A stretch of 56,636 bases of DNA from Chiloscyllium plagiosum. Taxonomy: Eukaryota. A program made the translations under genes and the position numbers. A model generated the notes under the pieces. The model had not been told where the DNA came from and searched no databases. It worked only from the letters and a program-made list of their open reading frames with translations. Position 1 is the stretch's first letter, and the number at the start of each line of letters is the position of its first letter. Below are positions 26,369-38,871 of this stretch, in pieces. The stretch spans positions 27,295,380 to 27,352,015 of the forward strand of contig NC_057719.1 in NCBI RefSeq assembly GCF_004010195.1, in the 5' to 3' direction.

Positions 26369-27244
26369 TCTCTTTGTGCTGCCCCTTTACCTAAATTGAT
26401 TCCATTTAGGTAGTAATCTGCCTTCCTGTTCTTGCCACCAAAGTGGATAACCAGACATTTATCCACATTAAACTGCACCTTCCATGCATCTGACCACTCA
26501 CCTAACCTGTCCAGGTCACCCTGTAATCTCCTAACATCCTCCTCACATTTCACCCTGCCACCCAGCTTAGTATCATCAGCAAATTTGCTAATGTTATTAC
26601 TTATACCATCTTCTATATCATTAACATATATTGTAAAAAGTATAAGTATATAAGGAAAGTAGAAAAGAACTTAAACAAGGAATTAGAAGGGCTAACTGGG
26701 TCATGAAAGGTTATTAGCAAACAGGATTAAGGAGAATCCCAAGGATTTTTATATATGTATAAAAAGCAAGAGAGTAGCCAGAGAAAGGGTTGGCTCACTC
26801 ACGAACAAAGGAGAGAGTCAATGTGTTGAGCTGGAAGAGGTGGTGAGGTCCTAAATGAATACTTTGTGTTGGTATTCACCAAAGAGAAGGAGTTGGTGGA
26901 GGAAGATTTCAGGAAAGGGAATATCGAGTTTCTAAACCTTGTTGCTATTAAAAAGGAAGAGGTGTGCATCTTAAAGGTATTAAGGTAGATAGGTCCCTGG
27001 TTCCTGATGGGATCTATCCACGATTATTGAGGGAGGCAGGAGAACCAATTGTTGGAGTACTGACAGACATTTTCAATCCTCTTTGGCCACAGGTGAGGTC
27101 CCAGAGGACTGGAGACTAGCAAATGTTGTCCCATTGTTTAAGAAAGGTAGCAGGGATAATCCTGCAAATTACAGAGTCTCATGTCAGTGGTAGGGAAATT
27201 ATTGGAAAAGATTCTCAGGGACAAGATCAAGATGCATTTGGAAG

Positions 27245-27910
27245 TGGAGTCGCAATTAGATAGGATAGTGGAGAAGGCATTTGGTATGCTTTCCTTTATT
27301 GGTCAGAGTATTGAGTACAGCAGTTGGAAGGTCATGTTGTGGCTTTACAGGACATTGGTTAGGCTACTGTTGGAATATTGAATGCAATTCTGGTCTCCTT
27401 CCTATCGGAAAGATGTTGTGAAACTTGAAAGGGTTCAGAAAAGATTTACAAGGATATTGCCAGGGTTGGAGGATTTGAGCTATAGGGAGAGGCTGAACAG
27501 GCTGGGCTGCTTTCCCTGGAGCGTTGGAGGCTGAGGGGTGACCTTATAGAGGTTTACAAAATTATGAGGAGCATGGATAGGGTAAATAGACAAAGTTTTT
27601 TCCCTGGGATGAGAGAGTCCAGAACTAGAGGGTATAGGTTTAGGGTGAGAGGGGAAAGATATAAAGGAGACCTATGGGGCAACATTTTTCACGCAGAGGA
27701 TGGTACGTTTATGGAATGAGCTGTCAGAGGATGTGGTGGAGGCTGGTACAATTGCAACATTTAAGAGGCATTTGGATGGGTATATGGATAGGAAGGGTTT
27801 GGAAGGATATGGGCCGGGTGCTGGCAGGTGGGACTAGATTAGGTTGGGATATCTGGTCGGCGTGGGTAGGTTGGACCGAAGATGCTGTACATCTCTGTGA
27901 CTCTATGACT
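27245..27910 (+). mobile_element. CR1 3' fragment inserted in the outer CR1
   Basis: Interrupts host catttggaag|caaatggactt; closely similar to the reverse complement of 20563-21180; tail ctctgtgactctatgact. Confidence 0.88.
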
Positions 27911-29224
27911 CAAATGGACTTATTAGTGATAGACAGCACGGTTTTGTACAGGGGAGGTCGTGCCTCACTAATTTGACCAAGTTTTTGAGGAGGTGATGTA
28001 GATGATTGATGGAGAAAAAATGGTTGATGTGTCTACATGGACTTCAGAAAAGCATTTGACAAGGTCCCTTATGGCAGACTGGTACAAAAGGTAAAGTCAC
28101 ATGGTATCAGGGGTGAGCTACCAAACTGGCTTAATCATAGGAGACAGAGAGTAGTGGTAGAAGGATGCTTTTCAGAATGGAGGCTATGACTAGTGGTATT
28201 CCACAGAAGTCAGTGCTGGGATCTCTGCTGTTTGTGATCTGCACAAATGATTTGGAGGAAAGTGTAGCTGGTCTAATTAGTAAGTTTTTGGATGATACAA
28301 AGATTGGATAGTGAGGAAGATTGTCAGAGGATACAGCAGGATATAGATCAGTTTGAGGCATAGACAGGAAAATGGTAAATGGACTTAATCCAAGAAAATG
28401 TGAGGTGATGCATTTTGGAAGGTCAGGTACAGGTAAACATTATACAGTGAATGGCAGAACGCTTAGTAGTATTGATATGCAGAGGGATTTGGGTGTGCAA
28501 GCTCACAGATCTTTGAAGGTGGCAGTGCAGGTAGATAAGGTGGTAAAAAAGGCCTTTATGGCATACTTGTCTTCATTGGAAGGGACACTGAGCAAAAGGA
28601 TAGACCAATTATGCTGCAGCTCTATAGAATTTTAGTTAGGCCACAGTGGAATATTGTGTACAGTTCTGGTCACCATACTACTAGAAGGATGTGGATGCTT
28701 TGGAGAAGGTACAGAAAAGGTTTTCCAGGATGTTGCCTGGTATGGGACATTTTAGCTATGAAGAAAGGTTGGATAGATTAGGTTTGTTTTCACTGGAATG
28801 CAGAAGGTTGAGGGGCAAACTATAGAAGTTTATAAGATTGTGAAAGAGATGGATAGGGTGGAAAGTATGAGACTTTTTCCCAGGGTGGAGGGCTCAATTA
28901 CTTGGGGACACAGGGTTCAAGGTGTGAGGAGGGAAAGTTTAAAAGTGATGTTCAAGGCAAGTTTTTCACACAATGTGTGGTGAGTGCCTGGAACACGTTG
29001 CCAGAGGAGGCTGCCTAGCTTGCTGTGTTCTTCCAGTCTCTTGTTTGTTTACTGGGGAGGTCGTGGAAGCAGACACAATAGCAGCATTCAAGAATCACCT
29101 GGATGAATACATGAATAGGAAGGGAGTAGAGGGACAGTTTTAGTATGGAAGGCACAATGCAGCAGCGCAAGCTTGATGGGCTGATGGGCCTGTACTGTGC
29201 TGTATTGTTCTTTGTTCTTTGTTC

Positions 29225-30315
29225 ACATAGATTTCTTAAGTGAATTCACTGGGTAAATGTTGTAAGGATGTTTACCATTATCAGGGAGTCTTGGACCAGT
29301 GGGCATAGTCAAGTGATATGTTTCAGACTAGAAGAAGCTTTGTAGTGAGGTTTCCCAGGGTTTAGTATTGGGACCCTTGTGCTTCCTGATATATATGAAG
29401 ATCTGGATCTTGGTGTGCAGCGGGAAATTTTAAAGCTTTCAGATGACCAAAACTTGGAAACATTGTAAACCATGAAGAGGGAAGAGTGGAACTCCAGAGG
29501 ACTTAGACATGTTGGTGGAGTGGGCAGATAGGTGGCAGATGAATTTCAATGCAGAAAAGTGTGAGGTGGTAAACTGTGGTAGGAAGAACATTGAAAGATA
29601 ATATAAAAAAGGGAGTGTAGGAGCAGGGGACTTGGAAGTATATGTACATAGATCATTGAAAGTGCAGGACAGGTAGAAAGTGCAATAAGTAAAGCATTCA
29701 GTATCTTCACCTTTACTAATAGGGGCAAACAATACAAGAGGAAAGAAATGATGTTGAACCAGTACAAGACACTGGTTGGCCAAAACTGAAGTATTGTGTA
29801 CAGTTCTGGGTGCCCCATGGTAGAAGGGATGTCAATGCATTGGAGCACAGAAGATATTTATAGAGTGGTTCCAGAGATGAGGAACTTCAACTGAGGATAA
29901 ATTGAAAAAGTTTGGAATTCTCCTTGGAGAGAAGAAGATTGAAAGAAGGTTTTATATCAAAATCATGAATGTGCTTGATACATTAGATAAGAGAATCTGT
30001 TCCTGCTCATAACAGAAACAAAGGCAAAGATTTAAAGTGATCTACAAAAAAGAAGCAAGGGTGAAGTGAGGATATCTTTTTCCATTCAGTAAGTAATTAG
30101 CATGTGGAATGCACTGACTGGCACAATGGTTGGAGGCAGGTTCAACTGAGGCATTCAAGAGGGCATTGGGTGATTATTTGGATATAAATAATGTAGAGGG
30201 TATGGGGGGAAAGCAGGATATTGGCACCAGGAAATGACAACCATTTAACAACCTGGTACAAGCACAATGGGCCAAATGGCCTCCTGCTGCACTGTAACAA
30301 TTCTATGACTCTATG
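29225..30315 (+). mobile_element. Older CR1 3' fragments
   Basis: ttcagatgaccaaaact; WADRWQMNFNAEKCEV; LYKTLV; tail ttctatgactctatga. Confidence 0.75.
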
Positions 30316-30979
30316 AGTGCATTTTAAAGCAATCATATCAATCACAAAAAGAAAACAAATCACATAAAGAAATGTTTATTCAAGTAGATTCGAATTGCCT
30401 TTAGAATGAATTCCCATAACTGAAGCAGACACTAGCTATATGGAGATGACCTCTGTGTACACAATCTGAAAAGTTGTATTTTTGTGTTTACTTGGTTTAT
30501 GCATAACACAATATCTAAAAAAAACTTTATTCAATTAATATTGGACTGATAGCTAACTCTCAATTGTGCTATCACACCAGCTTCAAGATATCATTTTTGC
30601 ATCATTCTATTATTTTGAAAGAGCAGCAAAATTTCTACAGCAAGTTTGGAAAAAGAAATAGAAATTGAATTTTTTTGACAAGCACTGCGCTGTGTTGTGT
30701 AAATACTACCCCTCAGATAAACAATGATTAATAAACTCTTGAAGTTCAACTGCAGGATAGAATTTCTCCCAATTGTACCATTTGTTTCATGGCCATTTGG
30801 GAATGGAGCACAGACATCTGAAAATACACACGTGGGTTTATGTAAAGTAGATATAATATAAAATAGATTTAAAAGGAATATAACAAATTCCTATCTTCAT
30901 GCGTGGTGTGCTGGCAGAATTTGTGGCAGAAATATCCAAATTTTGATTGCCATCTCTGATCTTCGAAGACAATGTCATT

Positions 30980-31461
30980 TCAGGGAATAAAACACTACAG
31001 GGATACCCGAAGACCTTCTTGGCGAAGTGCAGCATTTCCACTAACACCTGGGAATCATTACTCCAACATCCTCCAGGGTAGAGGAGGAGTACCCAGGAAG
31101 ATGTTGAGCACCTCATGGCTTGCCGCAGGGAAATACCGAAGTCAGACGAAAACAGCATAAGGAGCGCCCTGCCACACTAATGACCCATCAACCCTTGCCT
31201 TGACCATCTTTTGCCCCAGAGACTGCAGAAGCTGCATCAGACTGTACAGTCACCGATGGTCTCACGGCAGACTGTACAGTCACCGACGGACTCACGGCAG
31301 ACTGTACAGTCACCGATGGACTCACGGCAGACTGTACAGTCACTGACGGACTCACGGCAGACTGTACAGTCACTGATGGTCTCATGGCAGACTGTACAGT
31401 CACCGATGGTCTCACTCAGACGGTAAAAGAGATTCATCCTTGTCCAATGAATGAATGAATA
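30980..31461 (+). mobile_element. RTE-clade LINE 3' end
   Basis: KHYRDT/KTFLAKCSISTNTWESL...EDVEHL, C-terminal C2H2-like CPRDCRSCIRLYSHRWSH, and (ATGA)n tail at 31447-31461. Confidence 0.75.
31238..31415 (+). repeat. 30-bp minisatellite x6 (CAGACTGTACAGTCACCGATGGTCTCACGG)
   Basis: Copies start at 31238, 31268, 31298, 31328, 31358 and 31388; each contains the 12-bp palindrome GACTGTACAGTC. Confidence 0.97.
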
Positions 31462-31518
31462 AAGCTAAGACCATAGAAACATACAGTCATATAGCCAAAC
31501 CTCCATTACAAAAGTTGG

Positions 31519-32060
31519 TTTGATTTGATTTGATTTGGTTTATTGACTGTCACATGTACTTATTGTGATACCGTGAAAAGTGATGCTTAGTGTCGCCCCT
31601 CTCCGGAGCCATATTTAAATAAAGCCACAAAGTTCAAATTACAGTCTGACCTCAGTAAGATTAGATGGTTTTTGGAACAGCTCCAGCCTGGACCTCATGT
31701 CTCAAGTCCTTCCCGCTAAACCGACGACATTGTTGCAGAGTCACCGCACTCTGGGTGCCATCTTGCCTCCACCAACACGGCTGCTATGAGTTCATGCTGG
31801 GCCAACCTCACTGATGCGGCAGTTACCTCCAGTGCCGCAGGATCCCGTGCTGGCATCACACTCACTGTCTTCACCGTCAGGCACCCAGGCCTAGCGCGGC
31901 CCTGGATCCTCAGCTCAGCCCGCGGATCTGGACCGGGGGATCAAGCCTGGGAGTTACTCCTCACTGACCAAGAGACGCCAGGCTAGGTTGGATTCAGGAC
32001 CGTCTTGACCTGGCTGGACACGTCCCCCTTCAACATTTACTCAGCCTCACCGCTCCCTTG
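31519..32060 (-). mobile_element. Unclassified GC-rich retroposed insertion with Rex1-like 3' tail
   Basis: Minus strand ends cttttcacggtatc...gtacatgtgaca...aataaa-(caaat)n; body is CpG-rich relative to its flanks. Confidence 0.4.
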
Positions 32061-34230
32061 GCCTGTGCTGCTATCTTTGTCCCATTCATTTGTTATATTT
32101 TCATTTCCAAGTTCTGAGGAGTAGGATTACTTGACAAAACTCAGTTTTAGTTTAGATCAAGAGTAGAACCCACCAAAGGCAAAAGTTTTATTACTTCCTG
32201 CTCCAATGAAACAAAAGCGACATCAAGTCAATCTGCTTTTCCAAGGTTCCAGAATATTAGCTGCTGGGTAGGTCCGTTTATGGGATTTACATGTTGGAGA
32301 TGAAAACGTCAGACATAACCTGGTGAAGACATACTGGAACATGACAAGAAAGTAAGCAAAGTAGAATATTGGATTTTTGAGTTTGCATACTGTTATGGCC
32401 CACTTTGAAAGTACAATGATATTCAAGCCCCAGCAATTCCAGGGTCATCTCAAAAGTGGTTGAGCATATTGTTGTCATGTTCAATCTTTATAATTATCAA
32501 AATGAAAATCAATAATTTATTTACCGTGGAATTTATGTATGTATATATATTCGATTAATCCCTGAATGTAATTTGAATAACTGAGTTCAAAATTGACTGC
32601 AAAAAATAATGAAAGTGGTACCAATTGAAGAATTGCATGAATTTCAAGTAGACAGCTAAGAACAGAGTGGCTCTTCCATGAATCTTTGTGCTAAAATATT
32701 AATTACATTTAGTTTAACTGAATTTTAAACTTTAGTGCAGAATGCATAGTGTAATTATGTGTATTTTTTAAACTATGTAAAATTAACTTTGACATGAGTA
32801 TCTGAAAACAGAAGAATATATTACTCAAATAAAAATTGCTCAAGAATATGCTAAGAATTTCATCCTATCTACAAAACAATGCATATTCATACTAGCTTGA
32901 ATCTCTGTGGGACATAATATCAAAAGATGTCAGGTCTTAAGATTTATTATACATAGTTCTTGCAGTGAAAAATGGAAAACATCAGGGTGACACTTCAAAG
33001 GTTTTTCAACAAATACAAATAAGCTCCTTAGCAGCGTAGGTTCTGTTTTGAATGACTAAGGAAGTGGAAGATTGTGTCATTTTGTTTTAGGAGCATGGCT
33101 GACCTTCACTTGATAGTTTCCAGAATAATTTTCACACAGGAAGATAAAGCAACTCATCTTTGCATTGGTTCCTGCCAATATGAGTTTCCCAACAGATACT
33201 GCCTTTATCACAGGTCTTATTTCTAATCCACTGCAGAGTGGTAACAACTACGCTGGTATTCTTACTGATTGTGGACCAATCAATTACTCTTGGTTAATGA
33301 TTAGTTCAACAATCACCAATTGCTATTTCATTGAACTAATTGCTTCCTTAACAGTCTGGTACTTCGTCCCATTACCGGTGCTCCTGACTTGACCCTAAAT
33401 TGCTGGAGAAACTCAGCAGTTCCGGCAGCATCCATGGAGAAAAACAACAGTTAATGTTTCGAATCTAGTGACACTCAAAACTTTTATTCTGTTTCTCTCC
33501 ACGGGTGCAAACAGGCCTGCATCTAGACCCTTATGTTTTCAACATGCTGTACAAATCCTAGTTTCTGGATTAGCAGAGACCAGATTTTCAATTAAAGATG
33601 TGCACCAAGACCCTGCAAAAGTCTGGAATGTGGAGCTATGTGGAGACTCTCTAGGAAGTTTAAACTTCCCAAAGGTAATTCCCTTGCCCCTGTAACCCTC
33701 GGTGAATTTCTCTGACTACAAGTGAGAGTGGCACATATGGGAGAGATTCATAGTACTTATCTGGATAATTCAGAAAATGTTAGACAGATTAAAACTTAGT
33801 TTAACATGCGAGTAACTCAACATCTAATTCCCCGCACCCTGTCACTCCCCTGACCTCTCAACTGCAACCCCTCAGACCAACCTGATTGATACACCCACCC
33901 AACCATTTATCCACCCACCTACCCATTCACTCAGTCATCAACTCACTCCTCAAAGCACTATTAGTCAAAGACAGGACCTTTAAACTTACCGCACAGCAGC
34001 TACTACCTATGGGACGGACATGTCCTGTCCTTTGCTGACTCAACTCTACTATAACAGAGTTCCCTAAGGGATGCTGCACTTCACCTTTATGGAAGTGGAA
34101 TGAGAATACCCTGAAAGAAACGCACAGCAGCTTTGAGTTGGGCAAGTTTACAAAGGAAGCAGTAATCACTTCTCCGTGCTGCTGCTCAAAAGAGTCGGGG
34201 ACCTCCTCTCAGCTTTTCTCAAAGGAGCAT

Positions 34231-34604
34231 TGGGCTGGCAGAGTGACTCAGTGGTTAGCACTGCAGCTTCACAGTGCCAGGGACCTGGTTTTGATTCTAG
34301 CCTTGGGTGACTGTCTGTATGGACTTAGCACTTCTCCCTCTCTCTGCGTGGGTTTCCTTTGGGTGCACCGGTTTCCTCCCATAGATTAAAAATGTGCAGG
34401 TTAAGTGAATTGACCTTAATAAATTGTCCCTAGTGTCCAGGGATGTGTAGGTTAGATGGTCTAGCCATGGAAAATGCAGGGCTGTGGGATAGGGTAGTTT
34501 AGAGGGTGGATCTGTGTGGAATGCCCTTGAAGGGTCAGTGTGGACTCAATGGGCCAAATGGCCTGTTTCTGCACTGTCGAGATCCTATGATTGTATTCTA
34601 TGAT
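34231..34604 (+). mobile_element. tRNA-derived SINE (HE1/V-SINE type)
   Basis: gtgactcagtggttagcactg A box, V-domain, CR1-like tail. Confidence 0.85.
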
Positions 34605-34769
34605 CAGATATCTGCAAGAGATCTTTATAAGTGCGAGCCAGTCACCCTGCGCCTCCTAACAAGTAAAAGCATCTGGAGAAGGAGGGTCATGAAGCAGCAT
34701 TCTAATCAGCAAAAGAATCAACTCAGCAAGGCCTGTCAGCAGGGATCATTGAACTGCTTTCCCATTCAT

Positions 34770-35101
34770 TTCCTCTGCCCATAATGCCCATGTTTTTAAT
34801 ACCTGTTTGTGTCTGTCTGTATCTGTGTGTAAAGGGGAATTTATAAGGAGCTGAGAGTTTCAAAAAATAACTTTATATGATGATGGTTCATAATTATTTA
34901 CATGTAACTAGAGTCAATTTATTTATAGTGAACAACAATGCTTGTTAAGTAGAGAAGTCTGGTCTGTGCTTCTGTCAACCTGGGTCTGAAACTCAGGTAA
35001 ATTGAGATGGTCTGTGTACCTTGTAATTTCTTTAACATTAGTGATGACTCGGGGAATACCAGAATTTGATTTCCACTTTGCTAGCCCAGTGAGGCGTGGC
35101 A
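34770..35101 (+). mobile_element. LTR 3' portion (family shared with 2276-3168 and 53955-54140)
   Basis: Shared ttgttaagta.aga...ctggtc.tgct..ctgtcaacctgggt..gaaa...aaattg...ttgattt...cccagtgagg.gt..ca. Confidence 0.55.
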
Positions 35102-35298
35102 CTTAAAATAAGGAGAAATCATAGAAGTGGAAAACATAGAGGAGGCCCTTCAGCCCGTTGCGTTTGCACTGACAAAACAATCCTAAATCATTTCACTTTT
35201 CAGCCTGGCCCAGAACCTTGAATGCTCTGACATTTTATGTGCTCAATCACACCATTCGACCGTGAGACATTGCATTGAGAACATGCTATATTTCTTAC

Positions 35299-35423
35299 CA
35301 TCTGTTACCAATTAATACTGGATGTGTTCCAAATGATACTTCAAGTTCCTCTGCTTCAACCATTTCTGGAAAGTGGAATTCAGAAGGTGTATGGCATAAT
35401 GGATCATCTCGAAAGTCAACAAC
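35299..35423 (-). CDS. Candidate internal coding exon VVDFRDDPLCHTPSEFHFPEMVEAEELEVSFGTHPVLIGNR(W)
   Basis: Acceptor gtaatcatttcAG and donor ATG|GTAAGA; 125 bp; only phase 0 to 2 is open across the whole exon; absent from the ORF track in this frame. Confidence 0.65.
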
Positions 35424-36882
35424 CTGAAATGATTACACAGTGCCTGGTGAGGATAAAACATTGAGACCCCTTCAAGAATCCTAGTCAAGCCTTTCCCTAG
35501 ACTGGTGAAGAGTTCAAGATCAAATGCCATTTAGGTCCACACGAAGATACAGTGTGTGAAAAACTCAAGTTAATGTTACATCTCAAATATGCTTCAAGAC
35601 AGAAGGATGGAAACTTCCACTGGGAAAGTGGGCAACTTGTGAAAAAATAATAGTGGCATTGTTTCATGTAAACTTCAGTCAAATTGTTAATACCTTCATG
35701 CAACTAGTAAAACTACATTCATGATACTATCTGAAAGAAATCTATAGATATTAGAATGTCATAAGGAAAGATGAATAAAGAATGTAATCTGTGTAAATAT
35801 ATGGCTGGTCTAATCTCAGTGGAGGCCTTTTATATTGTTCAGCCATAGCAATGTGACGTAAAATCATTATTCCTTGAGTAATGAGACGCGCAATGAACCA
35901 ATTCCCTCAATTCACCACCTCTGAACAATCTGATCCAGCACCATTTGACTTCACCTTTAATTGAAAGACAATAGATTCCTACAAACAAGAGCAATTGGCC
36001 ATAGCAAGTTTGATTTTCTTTTCTTCAATATTTTCATAACCTCTGTGACTAATCTTGTCAGGTTTCTGGTTTTCTTGAGTAATTTATGAGGTAGAATATT
36101 ATTTTAAGAGCAGTTTGAATTTTTGCTTTGAAATTTTGTCTTATTTAAAAAAAGCAATTGAGATTTTCAAAAAGACCTGAGGAGATAATAACTTACATTA
36201 GCTCCTAATAATGTAGAAAATGTCCAAATGTAATTTGCAGAGGGAGAAAATAGATTTTAAAAAAACTGTTGCTGTGTAACAAAGTGGGAGATAAGATGTG
36301 ACCAAAAGCTTGATTGGGAAAAACTGGTTTGAAAATCAAAAATTAGTTGGGAGATGGATTGAGAAAAGGTGAAGGGATTTCTGAATGAGTTTGAGAGAAG
36401 AAATTTGATGGAAAGTTATGGAAGGAATGGAAGTCTATGTCAACAAAGATGTACAAAAAAAAAGAAGTAATTTAGACAATTATCTCTGGTGGTGGATGGT
36501 TCTGGAAGTGAGCTCAGAGCTAAGTGAGTTGAGTGAGTATTAAGAATATAAATGTGTATTTTCACTTACAGCGTGATGTTATAAATGCTTGTGCGAGCAA
36601 TCCAGCCTCTTATCAGCAAAATTACAAACAGAAGTTTAATCAAGCGAGTTGCTGAACTAAGCAAGCATGTTTAATATAGCTAATGGTCATAGCGAAACCT
36701 CAAAAGTGGGGTGGATTGGAACAGAAGAGAAGAAATTACTGTTTAGAGAGTGAAATGTGAATCTCCACTTAGATACCATTTGCTAGATGGCATTGCTCAT
36801 ATTTAATTGAATATTAGTGTGAGGATAATGGTTAATTGTTCCAAATTCCACACAGTATTAATGACCATTGTATTTTAGGTCA

Positions 36883-37856
36883 TTCCTCCAGGCGTCGTGT
36901 TGCCATGGTCTGATGATGGAGGAGGCCAAGGACCTGCATGTCCTTGGCAGAGTGGGAGGGGGAGTTAAAATGTTCAGCCACAGGGTGGTTGGGTTGGTTG
37001 GTGTGGGTGTCCCAGAGGTGTTCTCTGAAATGTTCCGCAAGTAGGCGGCCTGTCTCCCCAATGTAGTGGAGGCCATATCGGGTGCAGCGGATACAGTAAA
37101 TGATGTGTGTGGAGGTGTAGGTGAATTTGTGACAGATATGGAAGGATCCCTTGGGGCCTTGGAGGGAAGCGAGTGGGGAGGAGTGGGCACAAGTTTTGCA
37201 TTTCTTGCGGTTGCAGGGGAAGGTGCCTTCCAGATCCAAACAGACGCCACCACCAAGGATATATTTCCCTCCCCTCCCCTATCAGCTTTCCGGAAAGACC
37301 ACTCCCTCCGCGACTCCCTCGTCAGGTCCACATCCCCCACCAACCCAACCTCCACTCCCGGCACCTTCCCCTGCAACCGCAAGAAATGCAAAACTTGCGC
37401 CCACACCTCCCCCCTCACCTCCCTCCAAGGCCCCAAGGGATCCTTCCATATCCATCACAAATTCACCTGCACCTCCACACACATCATTTACTGCATCCGC
37501 TGCACCCGATGTGGCCTCCTCTATATTGGGGAGACAGGCTGCCTACTTGCGGAACGTTTTCAGAGAACACCTCTGGGACACCCGCACCAACCAACCCAAC
37601 TGCCCTGTGGCTGAACACTTTAACTCCCCCTCCCACTCATCCAAAGACATGCAGGTCCTTGGCCTCCTCCATCGCCAGACCATGGCAACACGAAGCCTGG
37701 AGGAAGAGCGTAACCTCCTTCCACCTATCGCATTCCCAACGCCTCTCCCCAAGACCCTTCTCCCTACCTTTTATCTTAGCCTGCTTGGCACACCCTCCTC
37801 ATTCCTGAAGAAGGGCTTATGCCCGAAACGTCGATTCTCCTGCTCCTTGGATGCTC
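36883..37856 (+). mobile_element. Penelope-like element with GIY-YIG domain and inverted 5' duplicate
   Basis: GTFPCNRKKCKTC...FTCTSTHIIYCIRCTRCGLLYIGETG on + (37360-37705) and an inverted copy on - (36883-37227); intact hammerhead motif at 37805-37832. Confidence 0.92.
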
Positions 37857-38659
37857 GATATGAAGTTAGGCATCATGCTGCAACAGTTAAGTTTAGGGCT
37901 ACCTACAGACTCAAACAAATGGACATAGTACACAATGAATCACATTTTATACAACTGCGATATTTTTGTTACAATGTGCAATCATCCATGCCACGAAAGT
38001 ACCTTCAAAAGTTTCTTTTTCCTTCTCATTATGTCTTAGTTTACTCCCTGGTTCCACTGCTGAACTGGAAGGGCTCTGCTCAGCAGTGGAGACCTTTGGT
38101 CCTGGGGATTTGATCCATGTCCTCAGCGGTGTTTATATCTGGATAGTCCTGATATGCTGAGAGTCTTCTTGGAAGAAACAAGTGAACGCTCCTTGGCTCA
38201 AAGTTCCAATTCTCAGAGGGGGAGTCAGACGAGGTGGAGGTGGAGGGTGTGGCCACCTCTGGACTGTCCTGAGAGCAGACTCCTGAGGGGCCTGTATGTG
38301 ACTCTCCCTCCATCTGGGTGCCTCCTCACACTGGCCAGAGGATGCCTCCTTTCAGTCCTTTCTATTCTCATCCTCAGTGATCAAGGAGGTTCCATCTGGC
38401 AGAGCAAGCCATTTAATTTTCTCCTGATCCCGCCTTAAAATGCCTTCTCAAGAGTCACTCAGTCATGAACCTTCTGGATTGCTCTGGCTGATCACCTTCC
38501 TTTCCTGACTCTGCACTCTTCTTGACTCTGAAACTGTACTTGTACTTTTTTCCCCAAGGTGGCCCCTTGGAGATTTTATTGACAGTTGGTTTTTAATTTC
38601 TGGGGTGACCTATTGGCTTTCAGAGATTCCATTTCCATTGTAACCAGAACTTCTAATTT

Positions 38660-38870
38660 TTTTTAAATTCAGTCATGGGACATAGGAGTCGCTGGCTGAG
38701 CCAGCATTTACTGCCCTTGGAAAGGCGGTGGAAGCTGCGTTCTTGAACCGCAACAGTCCATGTGCTGTAGGCAGATACACAATGTCCTGAGAGAGGGAAT
38801 TTCAGGAATTTGAATTAGAAACAATGAACGAACGGTGATGTGTTTTCAAGTCAGGATGGTGAGTGGCTTC
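38660..38870 (-). mobile_element. 3' end of CR1-group (L2/Crack-like) LINE
   Basis: Reverse complement matches 40810-40985 (ttcaagaa..cagct...ccacc, aaatgctggc). Confidence 0.7.
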
Positions 38871-38871
38871 G

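Larger units (their letters stand above)
24186..26640 (-). mobile_element. 5'-truncated CR1 (second subfamily), itself interrupted at 24904-26368
   Basis: (CTATTGT)n tail at 24186; LQLYRALERPHLEYCVQFWSP; continues at 26369 with CEEDVRRLQGDLDRLGEW and KFADDTK. Confidence 0.88.
19600..29224 (+). mobile_element. Outer CR1 LINE (ORF1 end through 3' tail), split by nested insertions
   Basis: ORF1 end VREGLN at ~19600; ORF2 start LKYMCFNARSIVGKLDEL at ~20465; collinear pieces 23601-24185, 26641-27244 and 27911-29224 ending in a (gttcttt)n tail. Confidence 0.75.

Noticed and set aside
31238..31415. CRISPR-like palindromic repeat array
   Set aside because: Units are contiguous and near-identical with no unique spacers, there are no cas genes, and the context is a vertebrate retroelement.
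32246..32351. + strand exon-like segment ending at gtaagc
   Set aside because: Stop codons in all three frames.
36858..38113. Overlapping ORFs up to 320 aa as host genes
   Set aside because: Penelope GIY-YIG sequence and its alternative or antisense frames, with a frameshift and a deletion.
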